Part shown: one piece after another, positions 33,196 to 43,757 of the stretch
Layout: each line of letters opens with the position of its first letter
How positions within the stretch are numbered: the stretch's first letter is position 1
Source: Chloroflexota bacterium
GTDB taxonomy: Bacteria; Chloroflexota; Anaerolineae; Ardenticatenales; JAADHH01
Assembly: GCA_013151955.1 (NCBI GenBank)
Contig: JAADHH010000041.1
Coordinates: 8,969-72,968, forward strand
DNA length: 64,000 nt
Reading direction: 5' to 3'
Notes under the pieces: model-generated
What the model was told of the DNA's origin: nothing
The model's database searches: none
The model's input: only the letters and a program-made list of their open reading frames with translations
Program-made: the position numbers and the translations under genes

Positions 33196-34169
33196 CCGTC
33201 TGGATCCACAAAAACTTTACGGGGCAGCCACTGCTTCTTTTCGGCATCGTAGGCAACCAGGGCCAGAAGACGCTCCTGCGGATCGTAGGCTCTCCAAAGT
33301 TTGGCGCGCGCGCCCGACCGTTCCGGCAGGCCCGGTGGTAAGGGCCTCATCAGGGCCTGTCCATGGAGCAGCTTCTGTGCCTCGCCTGATTCAAAAGTAA
33401 CCGGGGGAAAGGAGGATAACGCCGAATCCAGGGGATGCAAGAAACGCCCGGCTCGATGTTCCCGAAAAGCATCACGGAGGGCCTCGAGAGGGGTGGCCGT
33501 TTCAACCGTAAATTGCCCACTGGCCGTACGGCAGAGGGCGCTGAGATGGGCATCGCACCCCAATGCGCGGCCCAGATCATGGGCCAACGAGCGGACGTAC
33601 GTGCCCGGGCCACAGGTGATATCGACAGACAGGATGGGGCGTTGCCACGAACGAATCGTGATTTGTTCCACCGTTACCGTGCGGGGGGCAAGCGTCACTT
33701 TCTCTCCCTTGCGGGCAAGCTCGTAGAGGGGGCGGCCATTTCGCTTTAGGGCCGAGTATAGCGGTGGCACCTGCTCGATTTGACCGGTGAAGCGACGTAA
33801 AGCTCGTTCGATTGCCTGGACGGAGACTGGAATGTGCCCGGACGGGGAAATCGAGACAACGGTGCCCTGTGCGTCATAGGTGTCGGTGCTGCTGCCAAAG
33901 GTGATTCCCGCACGATAGCGTTTGGTGCTGCGCATGAGATATTCTGCAACACGGGTGGCCTTTCCCAGGCAAACCAACAGGACGCCCTCGGCCATGGGAT
34001 CGAGCGTGCCGGCATGACCCACACGGCGTATTCCTGACCACCGGCGAATCATTGCAACCACGTCGTGTGAGGTTGGCCCCACCGGTTTGTGTACGTTGAG
34101 GATGCCCGGGGGGAGGGCGTCTTTGGGGAATGGTTCATGTTGTGATGGCATCTCGTGAACACTAGCCAT
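33192..34169 (-). CDS. truB: tRNA pseudouridine(55) synthase TruB
   Basis: GILNVHKPVGPTSHDVV...VGHAGTLDPMAEGVLLVCLGKATR (catalytic Asp context). The start is uncertain: ATG 34169 or 34151, while the track start 34283 overlaps the upstream gene. Confidence 0.85.
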   Translation of the reverse strand: MASVHEMPSQHEPFPKDALPPGILNVHKPVGPTSHDVVAMIRRWSGIRRVGHAGTLDPMAEGVLLVCLGKATRVAEYLMRSTKRYRAGITFGSSTDTYDAQGTVVSISPSGHIPVSVQAIERALRRFTGQIEQVPPLYSALKRNGRPLYELARKGEKVTLAPRTVTVEQITIRSWQRPILSVDITCGPGTYVRSLAHDLGRALGCDAHLSALCRTASGQFTVETATPLEALRDAFREHRAGRFLHPLDSALSSFPPVTFESGEAQKLLHGQALMRPLPPGLPERSGARAKLWRAYDPQERLLALVAYDAEKKQWLPRKVFVDPDG

Positions 34170-35112
34170 CGAATGAAGCTCGCACCTCGGCCAGGACACG
34201 GCCCACTGCCTGCCGCAAAGGGCCGTCCACGGTGCAGCCGGCAGCCTGGGGGTGACCGCCGCCGCCCAGTCGAAAGGCGACATCGGCGACGTTGTACCCC
34301 GGGCGTGAGCGCATACTCACTTCAATCTTGTCGTCATCTCGCTCGGTGAATAGGATGGCCGCATTCGCCTCGCGAGCGGTCGCCAGCACGTTGACAACGC
34401 CGTTCGTCGCCGTCCGATCCACGCCGCAAGCGCGACGCATAGCCACCGTGTTGGTAGCCCACAATAGACCGCCGGAAAAATCCATGCTTTCGATAACTTT
34501 GCCCCACAACTGTAGCGACTTTAGGGCATGATTGTTGAAAACCTGGTCGGTGATTTCGGCCAGCGGGGCGCCGGCCTCCACCAGCTCCGCAGCAACCTTC
34601 AGGATTCGCGGGGTGGTGCTGGATGTACGAAAGCCTCGTGTGTCCGTCAATGCTCCGGTGAGCAGGCAAGTGGCGATGCGAGAGTCCAGCGCAACTCCCA
34701 GGAAAGGCAAGAGGTCGAAGATCATCTCGCACGTCGCGACATAGGTGGGGCCGACCCAGTTGACTGTGGCGAAACGGGTATTCGTGACATGGTGGTCAAT
34801 GCTGACGACCGTAAAGTCTGCTACCAGCTCCGCAGCAAAGCAGTCTCCGAACCGTGTGGCGTCGCTGCCGTCCAGCGTGACAATAAGGTCTTGCGTCGTT
34901 GCGGAAAGTGGGGAGATTTCATTGCTGCCGGGCAAGAAGGCATAGATTTCCGGCACCGCATCCGGGCAGGCGGGATAGACTCTCTTGCCGATCTTGCGCA
35001 GTGCCCAGGTGAGCCCCAGGATCGATCCGATGGCGTCACCATCTGGGTCTTTGTGGCTGATCACCAAAATGTTTTGTGCGCGCAGGATCGCTTCGGCAAC
35101 CTGTGCTTTCAT
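34162..35112 (-). CDS. DHH-family phosphoesterase (NrnA-like oligoribonuclease/pAp phosphatase)
   Basis: ISHKDPDGDAIGS, SIDHHVTN and GGGHPQAAG motifs. ATGA overlap with rbfA. Confidence 0.8.
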   Translation of the reverse strand: MKAQVAEAILRAQNILVISHKDPDGDAIGSILGLTWALRKIGKRVYPACPDAVPEIYAFLPGSNEISPLSATTQDLIVTLDGSDATRFGDCFAAELVADFTVVSIDHHVTNTRFATVNWVGPTYVATCEMIFDLLPFLGVALDSRIATCLLTGALTDTRGFRTSSTTPRILKVAAELVEAGAPLAEITDQVFNNHALKSLQLWGKVIESMDFSGGLLWATNTVAMRRACGVDRTATNGVVNVLATAREANAAILFTERDDDKIEVSMRSRPGYNVADVAFRLGGGGHPQAAGCTVDGPLRQAVGRVLAEVRASFDG

Positions 35113-35456
35113 GTTTTCTGCTCCGCGGATATCTCGTCAAGGATATCGAGTAGGTGTTTTGTTTGCACGAAACTATCATCGAGGACGAAGGACAAGGTGG
35201 GCGTATAACGCAAATTCAGCCGGGCGCTCAGCTCGCGACGAAGAAAGCCGCTGGCCTTTCGTAGGGCACGAATGGCCTCACCGCGACGCTCGTCTTCAAG
35301 CACGCTGAAGTAGACTGTCGCCTGTTTCAAATCATCTGTGGTATGCACCTTCGTCAGGGTCACGAGGTGCAACCGGGGGTCACGTATTTCCTGTTCAAGC
35401 AACAAGCTCAACGTTTCTTGTACTTGCCGGCTAACCTGTAAAGCACGTCTGCTCAT
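35109..35456 (-). CDS. rbfA: Ribosome-binding factor A
   Basis: 115 aa. Pattern R..RV...VQETLS.LL..EIRDPRL..VTLT.V..T.DL..A.VYFSV. Position after infB. Confidence 0.85.
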   Translation of the reverse strand: MSRRALQVSRQVQETLSLLLEQEIRDPRLHLVTLTKVHTTDDLKQATVYFSVLEDERRGEAIRALRKASGFLRRELSARLNLRYTPTLSFVLDDSFVQTKHLLDILDEISAEQKT

Positions 35457-35522
35457 TTTCGATACCCAGTTTACCGAGCCACTCCAAGTTGGGTTGCAAA
35501 ACCAGGGGAGCGGGGTGTCAAA

Positions 35523-37298
35523 TTATACCTGCTCTTGAATAAATGCTTCAATGATGTCGCCCGGTTGGAGTGCCTCAAATCCTTCCAGTCCAATTCCACA
35601 TTCGTATCCGGTGGCGACTTCTCGAACATCATCCTTGAACCGTCGCAGCGAGGAGATGGTGCTGCTGTGCAGCTCTTGTTCGCCGCGCCACACACGAGCA
35701 AACGCGCCACGTGTAATCTTTCCCTCGCGCACCATGCAGCCGGCAATGTTGCCGCGGCCTCGTATGTGGAAGACTTCTTGCACCTCGGCGCGTCCGATGG
35801 TAACATCCTGGTAGACCGGTTCGAGCATACCGGTGAGTGCTTTTTCCACATCATCTACGAGTTGGTAGATGACTTTGTAGGTTCGAATATCCACGCCTTC
35901 TTTTTCGGCAACGGTATGGGCCGAAATGTCACCCTCTACGTTAAATCCAATGACGATGGCGTTGGAAGCCGCTGCTAACATAATGTCTGTTTCGGATATA
36001 TTGCCCGTACCCTTACGCAGTATCTTCACGCGGAGGTTTTCATCGCCAAGTTGTTGAAGGGAATTGACAATTGGCTCTAGGGAGCCCTGAACATCCACCT
36101 TGAGGATGATATTTAGCTTCTGCACCTGACCTGCTTGGAAGCGTGCATAGATATCCTGCAAGGTCATGCGTTGGGGGCGTTTGGTCAGGTCTGCGCGTCT
36201 GGACGCTTCGGCTTCTGCCCGCGAGCGTGCTTTACGCTCGGTGGGCATTACCTCGAAGAGTTCTCCAGCTTCTGGGATGCCATTGAAACCCAAGACTTGA
36301 ACGGGCGTAGAGGGGGGGGCTTCCTCAATGCGTTTGCCCTGATCATTGAACATCGCGCGCACACGACCACTGACTTTGCCGGCCACAAAATTATCACCGC
36401 TGTGCAGGCAGCCGTTTTGCACCAATACCGTCGCCATGGGCCCGCGCGTCCGGTCGAGCGTTGCCTCCAGGATCGTGCCGACGGCGGGGCGATCGGGATT
36501 GGCCCGAAAATTCGACATGTCCACAACGAGCAGGATCATGTCCAGAAGCGTGTCAATGCCCACCCCCTGCTTGGCAGAGGTGGGGACGACGATGGTGTCC
36601 CCGCCCCAATCTTCCGGCACAAGATCGACTTCGGCCATTTGCTGCATGACCCGGTCTGGGTTCGCGTTTTCCACATCGATTTTGTTCAGCACGACGATGA
36701 CCGGCACCTGCGCTGCTCTGGCGTGGTCCAGGGCCTCTTTGGTCTGGGGCATAACCCCATCGTTGGCGGCGATCACCAGAATGGCGATGTCGGTGACCTG
36801 GGCTCCCCGCGCGCGCATGGCCGTGAAGGCTTCATGTCCGGGCGTGTCGATGAATGTGATTTTCCGGCCCTGCCGTTCCACCTGGTAGGCTCCTGTGTGC
36901 TGGGTTATCCCCCCATGTTCTTCTTCGGTTACGCGCGTTTTGCGGATGGCGTCCAGCAGCGTCGTTTTGCCGTGGTCCACGTGGCCAAGTACGGTGACGA
37001 TGGGGGGGCGTGGCTGCAGGTCTTCTTCGCGTTCGTCCGCATACAGGTCTCGCTTCGTAGGAGTGGCTGCTTCCTCATGTTCTTCGCTTACCTCTTCTTC
37101 TGTTTCCCGGACGGTGAACCCCATTTCCTCAGCAACAATCGCTGCGGTATCAAAGTCAATCGTCTGGTTGATGTTGGCCATTACGCCATTCGCCATCAAC
37201 TCTTTGATGACGCTGATGGGGCTGGCTTCCATCAGATCGGCAAGTTCCCGAACGGTAATGGTTTCAGGAATAACGATGTTTTTGTTCTGTTGGCTCAT
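35523..37298 (-). CDS. infB: Translation initiation factor IF-2
   Basis: GTPase motifs VLGHVDHGKTTLLD, DTPGHEAF and NKID. C-terminal IF-2 domains. Operon context. Confidence 0.95.
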   Translation of the reverse strand: MSQQNKNIVIPETITVRELADLMEASPISVIKELMANGVMANINQTIDFDTAAIVAEEMGFTVRETEEEVSEEHEEAATPTKRDLYADEREEDLQPRPPIVTVLGHVDHGKTTLLDAIRKTRVTEEEHGGITQHTGAYQVERQGRKITFIDTPGHEAFTAMRARGAQVTDIAILVIAANDGVMPQTKEALDHARAAQVPVIVVLNKIDVENANPDRVMQQMAEVDLVPEDWGGDTIVVPTSAKQGVGIDTLLDMILLVVDMSNFRANPDRPAVGTILEATLDRTRGPMATVLVQNGCLHSGDNFVAGKVSGRVRAMFNDQGKRIEEAPPSTPVQVLGFNGIPEAGELFEVMPTERKARSRAEAEASRRADLTKRPQRMTLQDIYARFQAGQVQKLNIILKVDVQGSLEPIVNSLQQLGDENLRVKILRKGTGNISETDIMLAAASNAIVIGFNVEGDISAHTVAEKEGVDIRTYKVIYQLVDDVEKALTGMLEPVYQDVTIGRAEVQEVFHIRGRGNIAGCMVREGKITRGAFARVWRGEQELHSSTISSLRRFKDDVREVATGYECGIGLEGFEALQPGDIIEAFIQEQV

Positions 37299-37745
37299 TG
37301 ACCTGTATCTCCTTCACCCCAAAGTTCCCAACCTTTGACACGTCAGGACGTGCAAGGTCGTTTGTCCGGCAGCGTTTCCTTTGTATTTTCTCTTTCCTCT
37401 TTGGTCGTTACTCTGGTTACTTTTCTTTTCCTACGGGGAAAAAATATCCCCATGCTCTGGGCCGAAGCAGCAACCATATTAGATGGATGCCGGTAAGACT
37501 ACCCGGACAATGGCCATCACCCACGGTCTGTGAAAGACCGTGGTGTGCGCACATTTCGCCCGGTATCGCTCCGGCCCCAAGTGCGGACGCGATTCAGGCT
37601 TGGCCCGGGATGCGTTCAGCAGCAGCATGGGGGTGGGGATAACTAATTTCAGCCGATCAAGTTTTAGCAGGTCTTCATGCACCTGTCTCCCGATCTGACA
37701 TGTTCCCCATTTCCCCGATACGTTTTCTTGCCGGCATGTGACGGA

Positions 37746-38036
37746 TCACTGGTCACCGGTATCGAAGTTCGGAAACTTGTTTGCTTGTGCCTGCAACATA
37801 GCCCAATCTTTCTCCGACAATTTCGTTCGCAGAGCCCGTTCAATCTGCCCTTTGCTTAGTGCTCGATCCCAACACTGCCTGTTTGCACAGAGGTACGCGC
37901 CGCGGCCAGCCATTTTCCCTTTTGGGTCGATCTGTACGCTCTGATCCGCCACCCGAACGATGCGGATCATTTCCCGCTTTCCGCGGGCGGTCCGACAGCC
38001 AATGCAAGTTCGCATAGGCTTGTGCTTGCGTGCCAC
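37746..38036 (-). CDS. ylxR: YlxR/RnpM (DUF448) RNA-binding protein
   Basis: MRTCIGCR...GRGAYLC signature. Starts 3 nt after the nusA stop. Confidence 0.85.
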   Translation of the reverse strand: MARKHKPMRTCIGCRTARGKREMIRIVRVADQSVQIDPKGKMAGRGAYLCANRQCWDRALSKGQIERALRTKLSEKDWAMLQAQANKFPNFDTGDQ

Positions 38037-38039
38037 AGA

Positions 38040-39620
38040 TTATCCCTCGTCATCGCCGGCGTCATCGTCGAGAGGTGCGTTGTTCAGAGATTCCAAGACG
38101 TTCTCGTCTTTCCAGTTCTCCAGCTCTTCTTGCCAGCTCAGCGGCCGGCGTTTCTGTTTCTTTTTCTTACGCTTTTTCTCTTCGGGGATCAAGTCTTCGA
38201 TCTGCACCTTGATATCTTGTTTTTCTTGTTCCAGGGCTTTTCGTACCCACGCAGGTACGACGGGTTTGGGTTTCTCCGGTGGTTTCTCTACCTCTTCGGA
38301 TTCCTCTGCCACTTCCTTTGGTGGTGTGGCGACGGCCTCTGGAGCGGGGGGCTCGGGAACCGGTTCTGGCAGGACATCTTTTTCTGGTGTCTCGATTGTT
38401 GGCTCAAGGCCGGGCAATTCTTCGGCAGTTTCTTGCTCGCCTTCTTCTCGCTCTGCCAATTCTGCCGCGGCAAGCAACGAACGAGCTTCTTCCAACCGTT
38501 TCTGCTCTGCTACGCGTTGTGCTTCCGCTTCTTCCATGCGCCGGCGGGCCTCAGACAAGCGCACCGTTTCCTTGGCCGCCTCGCTGGCACTTTTTATGTC
38601 AATTCGCCAACCGGTCAGCTTGGCTGCCAACCGGGCATTTTGCCCTTCTTTGCCAATAGCCAGGGAAAGTTGCTTATCGGGCACCACAACGACAGCCGTG
38701 TTCCCCTCCTGGTGGCTTTCATCTAGGTAGACATCCAGGACGCGAGCGGGGCTGAGCGAATTCCCGACGAACAGCACGGGGTTCGGATTCCATTGTACGA
38801 CGTCTATTTTCTCTCCGCTGAGTTCGTTGACCACGCTCTGGATACGACTGCCCTTCATGCCTACGCAGGCACCCACAGGGTCTATGCCCTCCTGTGTAGC
38901 GCTCACGGCGACCTTCGAGCGTTGGCCCGCTTCGCGCGCGATCATTTTGATCTCCACGGTGCCATTGAAAATCTCGGGGACTTCCAGTTCCAACAGCCGG
39001 CGTAACATTTCGCGCCGGGTACGGGAGACAGAGACTTGCGGCCCCCGAGAACCTTCCTTCTGTACGCTATATACGTAAGCGCGTACCCGTTGGCCAATAC
39101 GGAAACGCTCGCTGGGTAACTGTTCGCTTTTCGGCAAGATGGCCTCGACTTTGCCCAAGCTCAGACGCACCAGGCCATTTCTGTCGACACTCTGCACCGT
39201 GCCGTTTACGATTTCGCCTTCGCGATCCTGGTATTGTACAAACAGGGCGTCTCTCTCTGCACCACGGATGCGTTGCAGAATGGCCTGTTTTGCGGCTTGC
39301 GTGGCGATACGACCAAAGTTCTTGGGCGTGATGTCTTCTTTGATTTTTTCTCCGAGTTGCGCATCTTTGCGCAGACGTTGTGCATGAGCAAGGTCAATTT
39401 CATGATCCTCGTCAAGTACCTCCACAACAACGGTCTTTTCCGTGAATAGACGTGCGCCGCCGGTGGTGCTGTCCAGTTCAACAGAGATGTCGGCAACGAA
39501 TCCAAAGTCCTTCCGGTAGGCAGAGATAAGCGCATCCTCCACCGCCTTGAGGACAACATCTTTGGAGAGACCTCGTTCTGCGCATACTTGGTTTATCGCA
39601 ACAATAAAATCATTTTTCAT
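38040..39620 (-). CDS. nusA: Transcription termination/antitermination factor NusA with a long charged C-terminal extension
   Basis: N-terminus [28 protein letters not shown]1 and KH domains ([36 protein letters not shown]), then an approximately 170-aa Glu/Lys/Pro-rich tail. Confidence 0.95.
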   Translation of the reverse strand: MKNDFIVAINQVCAERGLSKDVVLKAVEDALISAYRKDFGFVADISVELDSTTGGARLFTEKTVVVEVLDEDHEIDLAHAQRLRKDAQLGEKIKEDITPKNFGRIATQAAKQAILQRIRGAERDALFVQYQDREGEIVNGTVQSVDRNGLVRLSLGKVEAILPKSEQLPSERFRIGQRVRAYVYSVQKEGSRGPQVSVSRTRREMLRRLLELEVPEIFNGTVEIKMIAREAGQRSKVAVSATQEGIDPVGACVGMKGSRIQSVVNELSGEKIDVVQWNPNPVLFVGNSLSPARVLDVYLDESHQEGNTAVVVVPDKQLSLAIGKEGQNARLAAKLTGWRIDIKSASEAAKETVRLSEARRRMEEAEAQRVAEQKRLEEARSLLAAAELAEREEGEQETAEELPGLEPTIETPEKDVLPEPVPEPPAPEAVATPPKEVAEESEEVEKPPEKPKPVVPAWVRKALEQEKQDIKVQIEDLIPEEKKRKKKKQKRRPLSWQEELENWKDENVLESLNNAPLDDDAGDDEG

Positions 39621-39693
39621 CTATTGGCCCTTACAACAAGAAAAGTGGGGGGTACCCACTCCTTGCTCTACACAGACTATGACAACCTTGCCA

Positions 39694-39722
39694 ATTATAG
39701 CATCGTTTGGCTAAACACGCAA
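39694..39722 (-). promoter_or_regulatory. Promoter TTGCGT-N17-TATAAT for the nusA operon
   Basis: The reverse strand reads ttgcgt-gtttagccaaacgatgc-tataat, about 70 nt upstream of the nusA ATG. No rimP gene lies between the promoter and nusA. Confidence 0.55.
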
Positions 39723-39829
39723 ATGGTCTTTCGGGGAAGAGCGTCATTTTTTTGCAGACCAAGCCCCCGGCACGTCCAAATTTGGTGGCCCTCTGCGCCA
39801 TGTCCATTCTGTCACAAAGGTGAGCAAAA

Positions 39830-39858
39830 TTGACAAACTGGCCCAACCGTGGTATGGT
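39830..39858 (+). promoter_or_regulatory. Promoter TTGACA-N17-TATGGT (with TGn extended -10) for the gltD-like gene
   Basis: ttgaca-aactggcccaaccgtgg-tatggt. AGGAGG lies 9 nt before ATG 39986. Confidence 0.55.
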
Positions 39859-39985
39859 ATGGGCTAGAAGACAACTTGTACCGGCGCTTGTTCGGAGGTT
39901 GGCGCGTGGTCAAGATTTGCTGGCAAGTGTGGCGTTATCAGCACGATAACCCCCCAAGTTTTCCTTACTTAGGAGGATAAAAACG

Positions 39986-41425
39986 ATGTCAAAGCAGCAG
40001 CGGCCGAAGGTAGATCGAAAAGCACGTCTGCAGATTCCCCCAAACAACGTGAAGAAACGCCCGCCTGCGGAGCGTATCAAGGATTTTGAGGAAATCTATC
40101 CTTTTTTCTATGATCTGGAGACGGCCAAGCTCGAAGCCCAGCGTTGTATCCAGTGTCCCGGAGCGCCTTGTGTCAAAGCATGTCCCATCCACAACGACAT
40201 TCCCGGCGCTTTCTGGCTCTTGGAGCATGGCGATCTCATCGGCGCCGCAAACACATTCCGCAAGACAAGCATCATGCCGGAAGTTTGTGGCCGTATCTGC
40301 CCGCAAGAAATCTTGTGTGAAGGATCATGTGTCGTGGGCAAGAAAAATGTCCCCGTACACATCGGCAAGCTGGAAGCCTACGTGGCCGATTACCAACGCA
40401 CCAACTTTGGGTTGCCGCCACGGGAGAAAGCGGACCCCGTAGGCCAGAAAATCGCCGTCGTCGGTGCCGGCCCGGCCGGTTTGGAGGTGGCCGAAGAAAT
40501 GAGCACGAGGGGCTACGCGGTAACGGTGTTCGATGCGTGGCCCGAACCCGGGGGCTTGCTCCTCTATGGCATTCCCAATTTCAAACTGGACAAGGAAATC
40601 GTCACGACAAAGATCGCTCTCCTAGAAGAATTGGGAGTCAAATTCACCTGCAATACGAAGGTGGGCGAAGATGTAACCATCGATGAGTTGCTCGATGGAT
40701 ACGACGCCGTGTTCCTGGGAATAGGCGCGCCGGTCTGCGCATCACAAAACGTCCCCGGCGAAGATTTGAAAGGGATCTACTACGCTACAGACTATCTCGT
40801 GCGCGGAAACCTCGCGCCGGAACTGTTGCCGGAACACCAGCGCACACCCCTGGAGGTTGGCAAACGCGTTGCTGTGATCGGCGGTGGTGACACGGCCATG
40901 GATTGCGTGCGCACTTCCATTCGCCTGCCCCAGGTGGAAACCGTCACCTGCGTCTACCGCCGCACGGAGAAAGAAATGCCCGGTCGAGCCGAAGAACGTT
41001 CCAATGCCAAGGAAGAAGGGGTCCAATTTGAATTCCTGACCGTGCCGGTGCGGTACATTGGAAACGATGATGGCCAGGTAACGGCCATGGAATGTGTGCG
41101 CATGGAGTTGGGCGAACCAGACTCCTCGGGGCGGCGACGGCCAATTCCCATCGAAGGAAGCAACTTCATTCAGGAAGTGGATACCGTGATCCTCTCACTC
41201 GGTTATTGGCCAGACCCCGCACTGGGCGAAAAAACGGAAAACCTCCAAACGCACAAGTGGGGCCTATTCGTGGTAGACGAAGAAACCGGCGCTACCAGTC
41301 GCGAAGGTGTATTTGCCGGTGGCGACGCCGTACGAGGTGCCGACCTTGTGGTCACGGCCCTGGCCTCGGCCAAGGTTGCCGTAAAGGGCATGGACGCCTA
41401 CCTGAAAGCAAAACGAAGCGCATAA
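39986..41425 (+). CDS. Glutamate synthase small-subunit-like NAD(P)H-dependent oxidoreductase (GltD family)
   Basis: N-terminal Fe-S Cys cluster (CIQCPGAPCVKACP...CGRICPQEILCEGSC) and two Rossmann motifs (VVGAGPAGLEVA, VIGGGDTAMDC). Confidence 0.85.
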   Translation: MSKQQRPKVDRKARLQIPPNNVKKRPPAERIKDFEEIYPFFYDLETAKLEAQRCIQCPGAPCVKACPIHNDIPGAFWLLEHGDLIGAANTFRKTSIMPEVCGRICPQEILCEGSCVVGKKNVPVHIGKLEAYVADYQRTNFGLPPREKADPVGQKIAVVGAGPAGLEVAEEMSTRGYAVTVFDAWPEPGGLLLYGIPNFKLDKEIVTTKIALLEELGVKFTCNTKVGEDVTIDELLDGYDAVFLGIGAPVCASQNVPGEDLKGIYYATDYLVRGNLAPELLPEHQRTPLEVGKRVAVIGGGDTAMDCVRTSIRLPQVETVTCVYRRTEKEMPGRAEERSNAKEEGVQFEFLTVPVRYIGNDDGQVTAMECVRMELGEPDSSGRRRPIPIEGSNFIQEVDTVILSLGYWPDPALGEKTENLQTHKWGLFVVDEETGATSREGVFAGGDAVRGADLVVTALASAKVAVKGMDAYLKAKRSA

Positions 41426-41574
41426 GCTTGCCGGAGACCTTGTTGCGGGTCTTCAGCAAGATTCCTGGGGAAGCTAAGACCCGGCAACCCTTTGATCCTG
41501 TAACCGGCGGCCATTCCTGGGGCCCGTGAATCTTCGATCACGATCTGCTCCCCATCGAATTGGAGTAATCTATC

Positions 41575-42225
41575 ATGTCGGATGCACAAGAATCATCCCA
41601 CGTTGGCAACGATGCCGACATGGTACTGCCCCCAGAAGCTGTCAAAGTTGCCTTCTTAACGGTGAGAGAAGTTGTAGGGCAGGGTGGCATAGATACTTTG
41701 CTGCGCCGTGCTGGCCTGGAAGAATACGAAGGGCGCACCAGCCTGGAAAAAGACGAGCAGGTGACATTTGGCCACATCGGTCGCCTGACGCAAGCGATGA
41801 TTGACCTCTATGGTATGCGAGGCGCTAAGGCGATCCTGAGACGTACCGGCCGCGTGCAGTTCCGGACGTGGCGAGAAGCGTATCCCAAAGCAATTGACAC
41901 TGCCAAGGTTGCCCTGCGCGCGTTCCCCCTCCTCACCCGTCTACGACTTGTCCTGAACAGCATTTCCCTGGCCGCCAATCAAATCGGCCATGTCGAGTGT
42001 CATGTCAGCCAGGACGACGATTATATCTTTTTCGAAGCGTGCCAATGTCCGTATTGCTCTACTTTGCAAGCGGAGAACCCACTTTGTGAAACGGCAGTTG
42101 GCGCTTTGGAAGAGCTTACCACTTGGGTTAGCAATGGCAAACGTTTTGAAGTGACAGAGGTTGCCTGCCGAGCATTGGGGGACCCGGTCTGTCGCTTTGC
42201 AATCTTGAAGAAGCCTTTGGAATGA
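41575..42225 (+). CDS. V4R (4-vinyl reductase-like) domain protein
   Basis: The C-terminal pattern FFEACQCPYCS...CETAVGALEE...EVACRALGDPVCRF is typical of V4R small-molecule-binding domains. Confidence 0.6.
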   Translation: MSDAQESSHVGNDADMVLPPEAVKVAFLTVREVVGQGGIDTLLRRAGLEEYEGRTSLEKDEQVTFGHIGRLTQAMIDLYGMRGAKAILRRTGRVQFRTWREAYPKAIDTAKVALRAFPLLTRLRLVLNSISLAANQIGHVECHVSQDDDYIFFEACQCPYCSTLQAENPLCETAVGALEELTTWVSNGKRFEVTEVACRALGDPVCRFAILKKPLE

Positions 42226-42242
42226 ACGCGTGTGGCTGCTCG

Positions 42243-43439
42243 TTACCGGCAGGCCAACAGTTGCACACCATCCACGTACATGGCCGACGTTTTGCCGTCC
42301 CCATCGTTGAACACGTTGAAGTACAGACGAAGCGTCCAGCCCCGGTAGGCCGATAGATCCTTCTCGAAGTATACCCAATCCCCATCTGTCACCGCAGCGT
42401 GCAGCGGTCTCTGGCGAATGCGATACTTATCGTCCAATACCAGTGCGACCTGTGAGTCGCCCCCATCCGTATCCTCTGTCAGGCGATATGCCCAAAAGGA
42501 CAGCGTGGCCGTGATGGTATCTGATGGTACCTCCACTGTCTGCCAGAAGGAGGAATAGCTCTGGTAGTCGGAACCGCCTACCACGCCAAGCCGCATGGCG
42601 TGTGTGCCGGAATGTGACCGGGTGGCCAATATGGTGGCCGGCTTGGGTGTGGCCCCCAGTACCCATCCTGCACTTCCCTCCTCGAAGTCGCCGTTCTGCA
42701 CCAGGTCGCCACAAGTCCCCGGTGCTGGAAGGGATGCAGCAGAGGGGGGCGGGGAAGGCGATGGCGTGGGGCTGACCGGTGGCGTGGGCGTGAGACCGCC
42801 GTCCGCCGGGGTTGCTGAGGCCCCCTCGCCTCCCTGCTTGTCGATCAGCCCGCGTGGCTCGCAAATGGTCAGATGGACGCTGTCCACGTACAAAGCCGTT
42901 TTTCCACCGCTGCCATCGTTGAAAACATTTACGTAAATGCGGACAGTCTCCCCGCGAAACTGAGCCAAGTCCACCGTCACCTGCTGCCAGTCGTTTCCTT
43001 TTAAGAGACCCCGTAACGGGGTGAGCAAAAGGCGATAGTGGCTATCCAAAACGCGAATCTCCTGCCGGTCGGAACCGGTGGTCGGGTCATCGGACACCGG
43101 CAGCACCCACATATCCAACACGGCCCGGACGGCATTTTTGGGTATCTGTACGGTTTGCCAGATGGAAGCATAGTTTCGCACGTTCTTCCCCTGGACGATG
43201 CCCAAGCGCATTGCTCGTTTGCCTTCCCGCGTGTGTGCAGTCTCCGGAGCGACAAACTTGGTCAGCGGTGTTTTGTGCCAGGTGCCGGAACTCTCGAACT
43301 CTCCACCTGGCAAGACTTCACGGCAGGTCAGGTCATTCGCGGGTCCCTCTGCCAGTGTCGCGTGCAAACGCAAAGGGGAAGCGGACAATAAGAGGGCTAC
43401 AACCCAGCCAATCACAGCAACACGAGCATAGTTGCGCAT
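42243..43439 (-). CDS. Secreted protein with two paralogous CBM-like (jelly-roll) domains joined by a PT-rich linker
   Basis: Signal peptide (VAVIGWVVALLLSASP). Two approximately 150-aa halves align to each other (C..(L/V)..G(D/E)FE...MRLG(I/V)V.G....Y.S.WQTV.(I/V)P...(V/L)(R/L).Y(V/F)NVFNDG.G.KT(A/S).YVD.V.L..C). Confidence 0.65.
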   Translation of the reverse strand: MRNYARVAVIGWVVALLLSASPLRLHATLAEGPANDLTCREVLPGGEFESSGTWHKTPLTKFVAPETAHTREGKRAMRLGIVQGKNVRNYASIWQTVQIPKNAVRAVLDMWVLPVSDDPTTGSDRQEIRVLDSHYRLLLTPLRGLLKGNDWQQVTVDLAQFRGETVRIYVNVFNDGSGGKTALYVDSVHLTICEPRGLIDKQGGEGASATPADGGLTPTPPVSPTPSPSPPPSAASLPAPGTCGDLVQNGDFEEGSAGWVLGATPKPATILATRSHSGTHAMRLGVVGGSDYQSYSSFWQTVEVPSDTITATLSFWAYRLTEDTDGGDSQVALVLDDKYRIRQRPLHAAVTDGDWVYFEKDLSAYRGWTLRLYFNVFNDGDGKTSAMYVDGVQLLACR

Positions 43440-43691
43440 CTCCCTACCTCCAAAAGCAAATTCAGCACTGGCCTGACCGTCACGATTTCAACTCACTGGT
43501 ATTACCTATTATACACGGATTGCTGCCAATTGTAAAATAGTGTCCATGAGCGGGGCATGCGCAGCGAATGCCCGGGGAGTACGAGGGGTGTCCCCTCGTC
43601 TCTCCCTCCCCCTACATTTCGGGGTTTGCGGCGAACCGCTGCACATGCCCATGAGCGGCGGGCGACGGAACACGCATTGGGCCACAAGACA

Positions 43692-43724
43692 AGAAGTTCA
43701 ACTTCTCCGAGAAGTTGAACTTCT
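43692..43724. promoter_or_regulatory. Two tandem 15-bp palindromes AGAAGTT-S-AACTTCT (candidate operator)
   Basis: agaagttcaacttct (43692-43706), ccg, then agaagttgaacttct (43710-43724). Centre-to-centre spacing is 18 bp. Located in a divergent intergenic region. Confidence 0.4.
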
Positions 43725-43757
43725 GGCATCGTGTGGCCAGTATCTGATTGGGCCGGT

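Noticed and set aside
37479-37682. 67-aa minus-strand ORF in the ylxR-infB spacer as a possible YlxQ/L7Ae-like gene
   Set aside because: The sequence has none of the L7Ae/YlxQ features (no GK...G..(V/I) RNA-binding pattern) and no ribosome-binding site. I treat it as non-coding.
39631-39846. 71-aa minus-strand ORF upstream of nusA as a possible rimP
   Set aside because: It is far too short and unlike RimP. It also overlaps the mapped nusA and gltD-like promoter hexamers.
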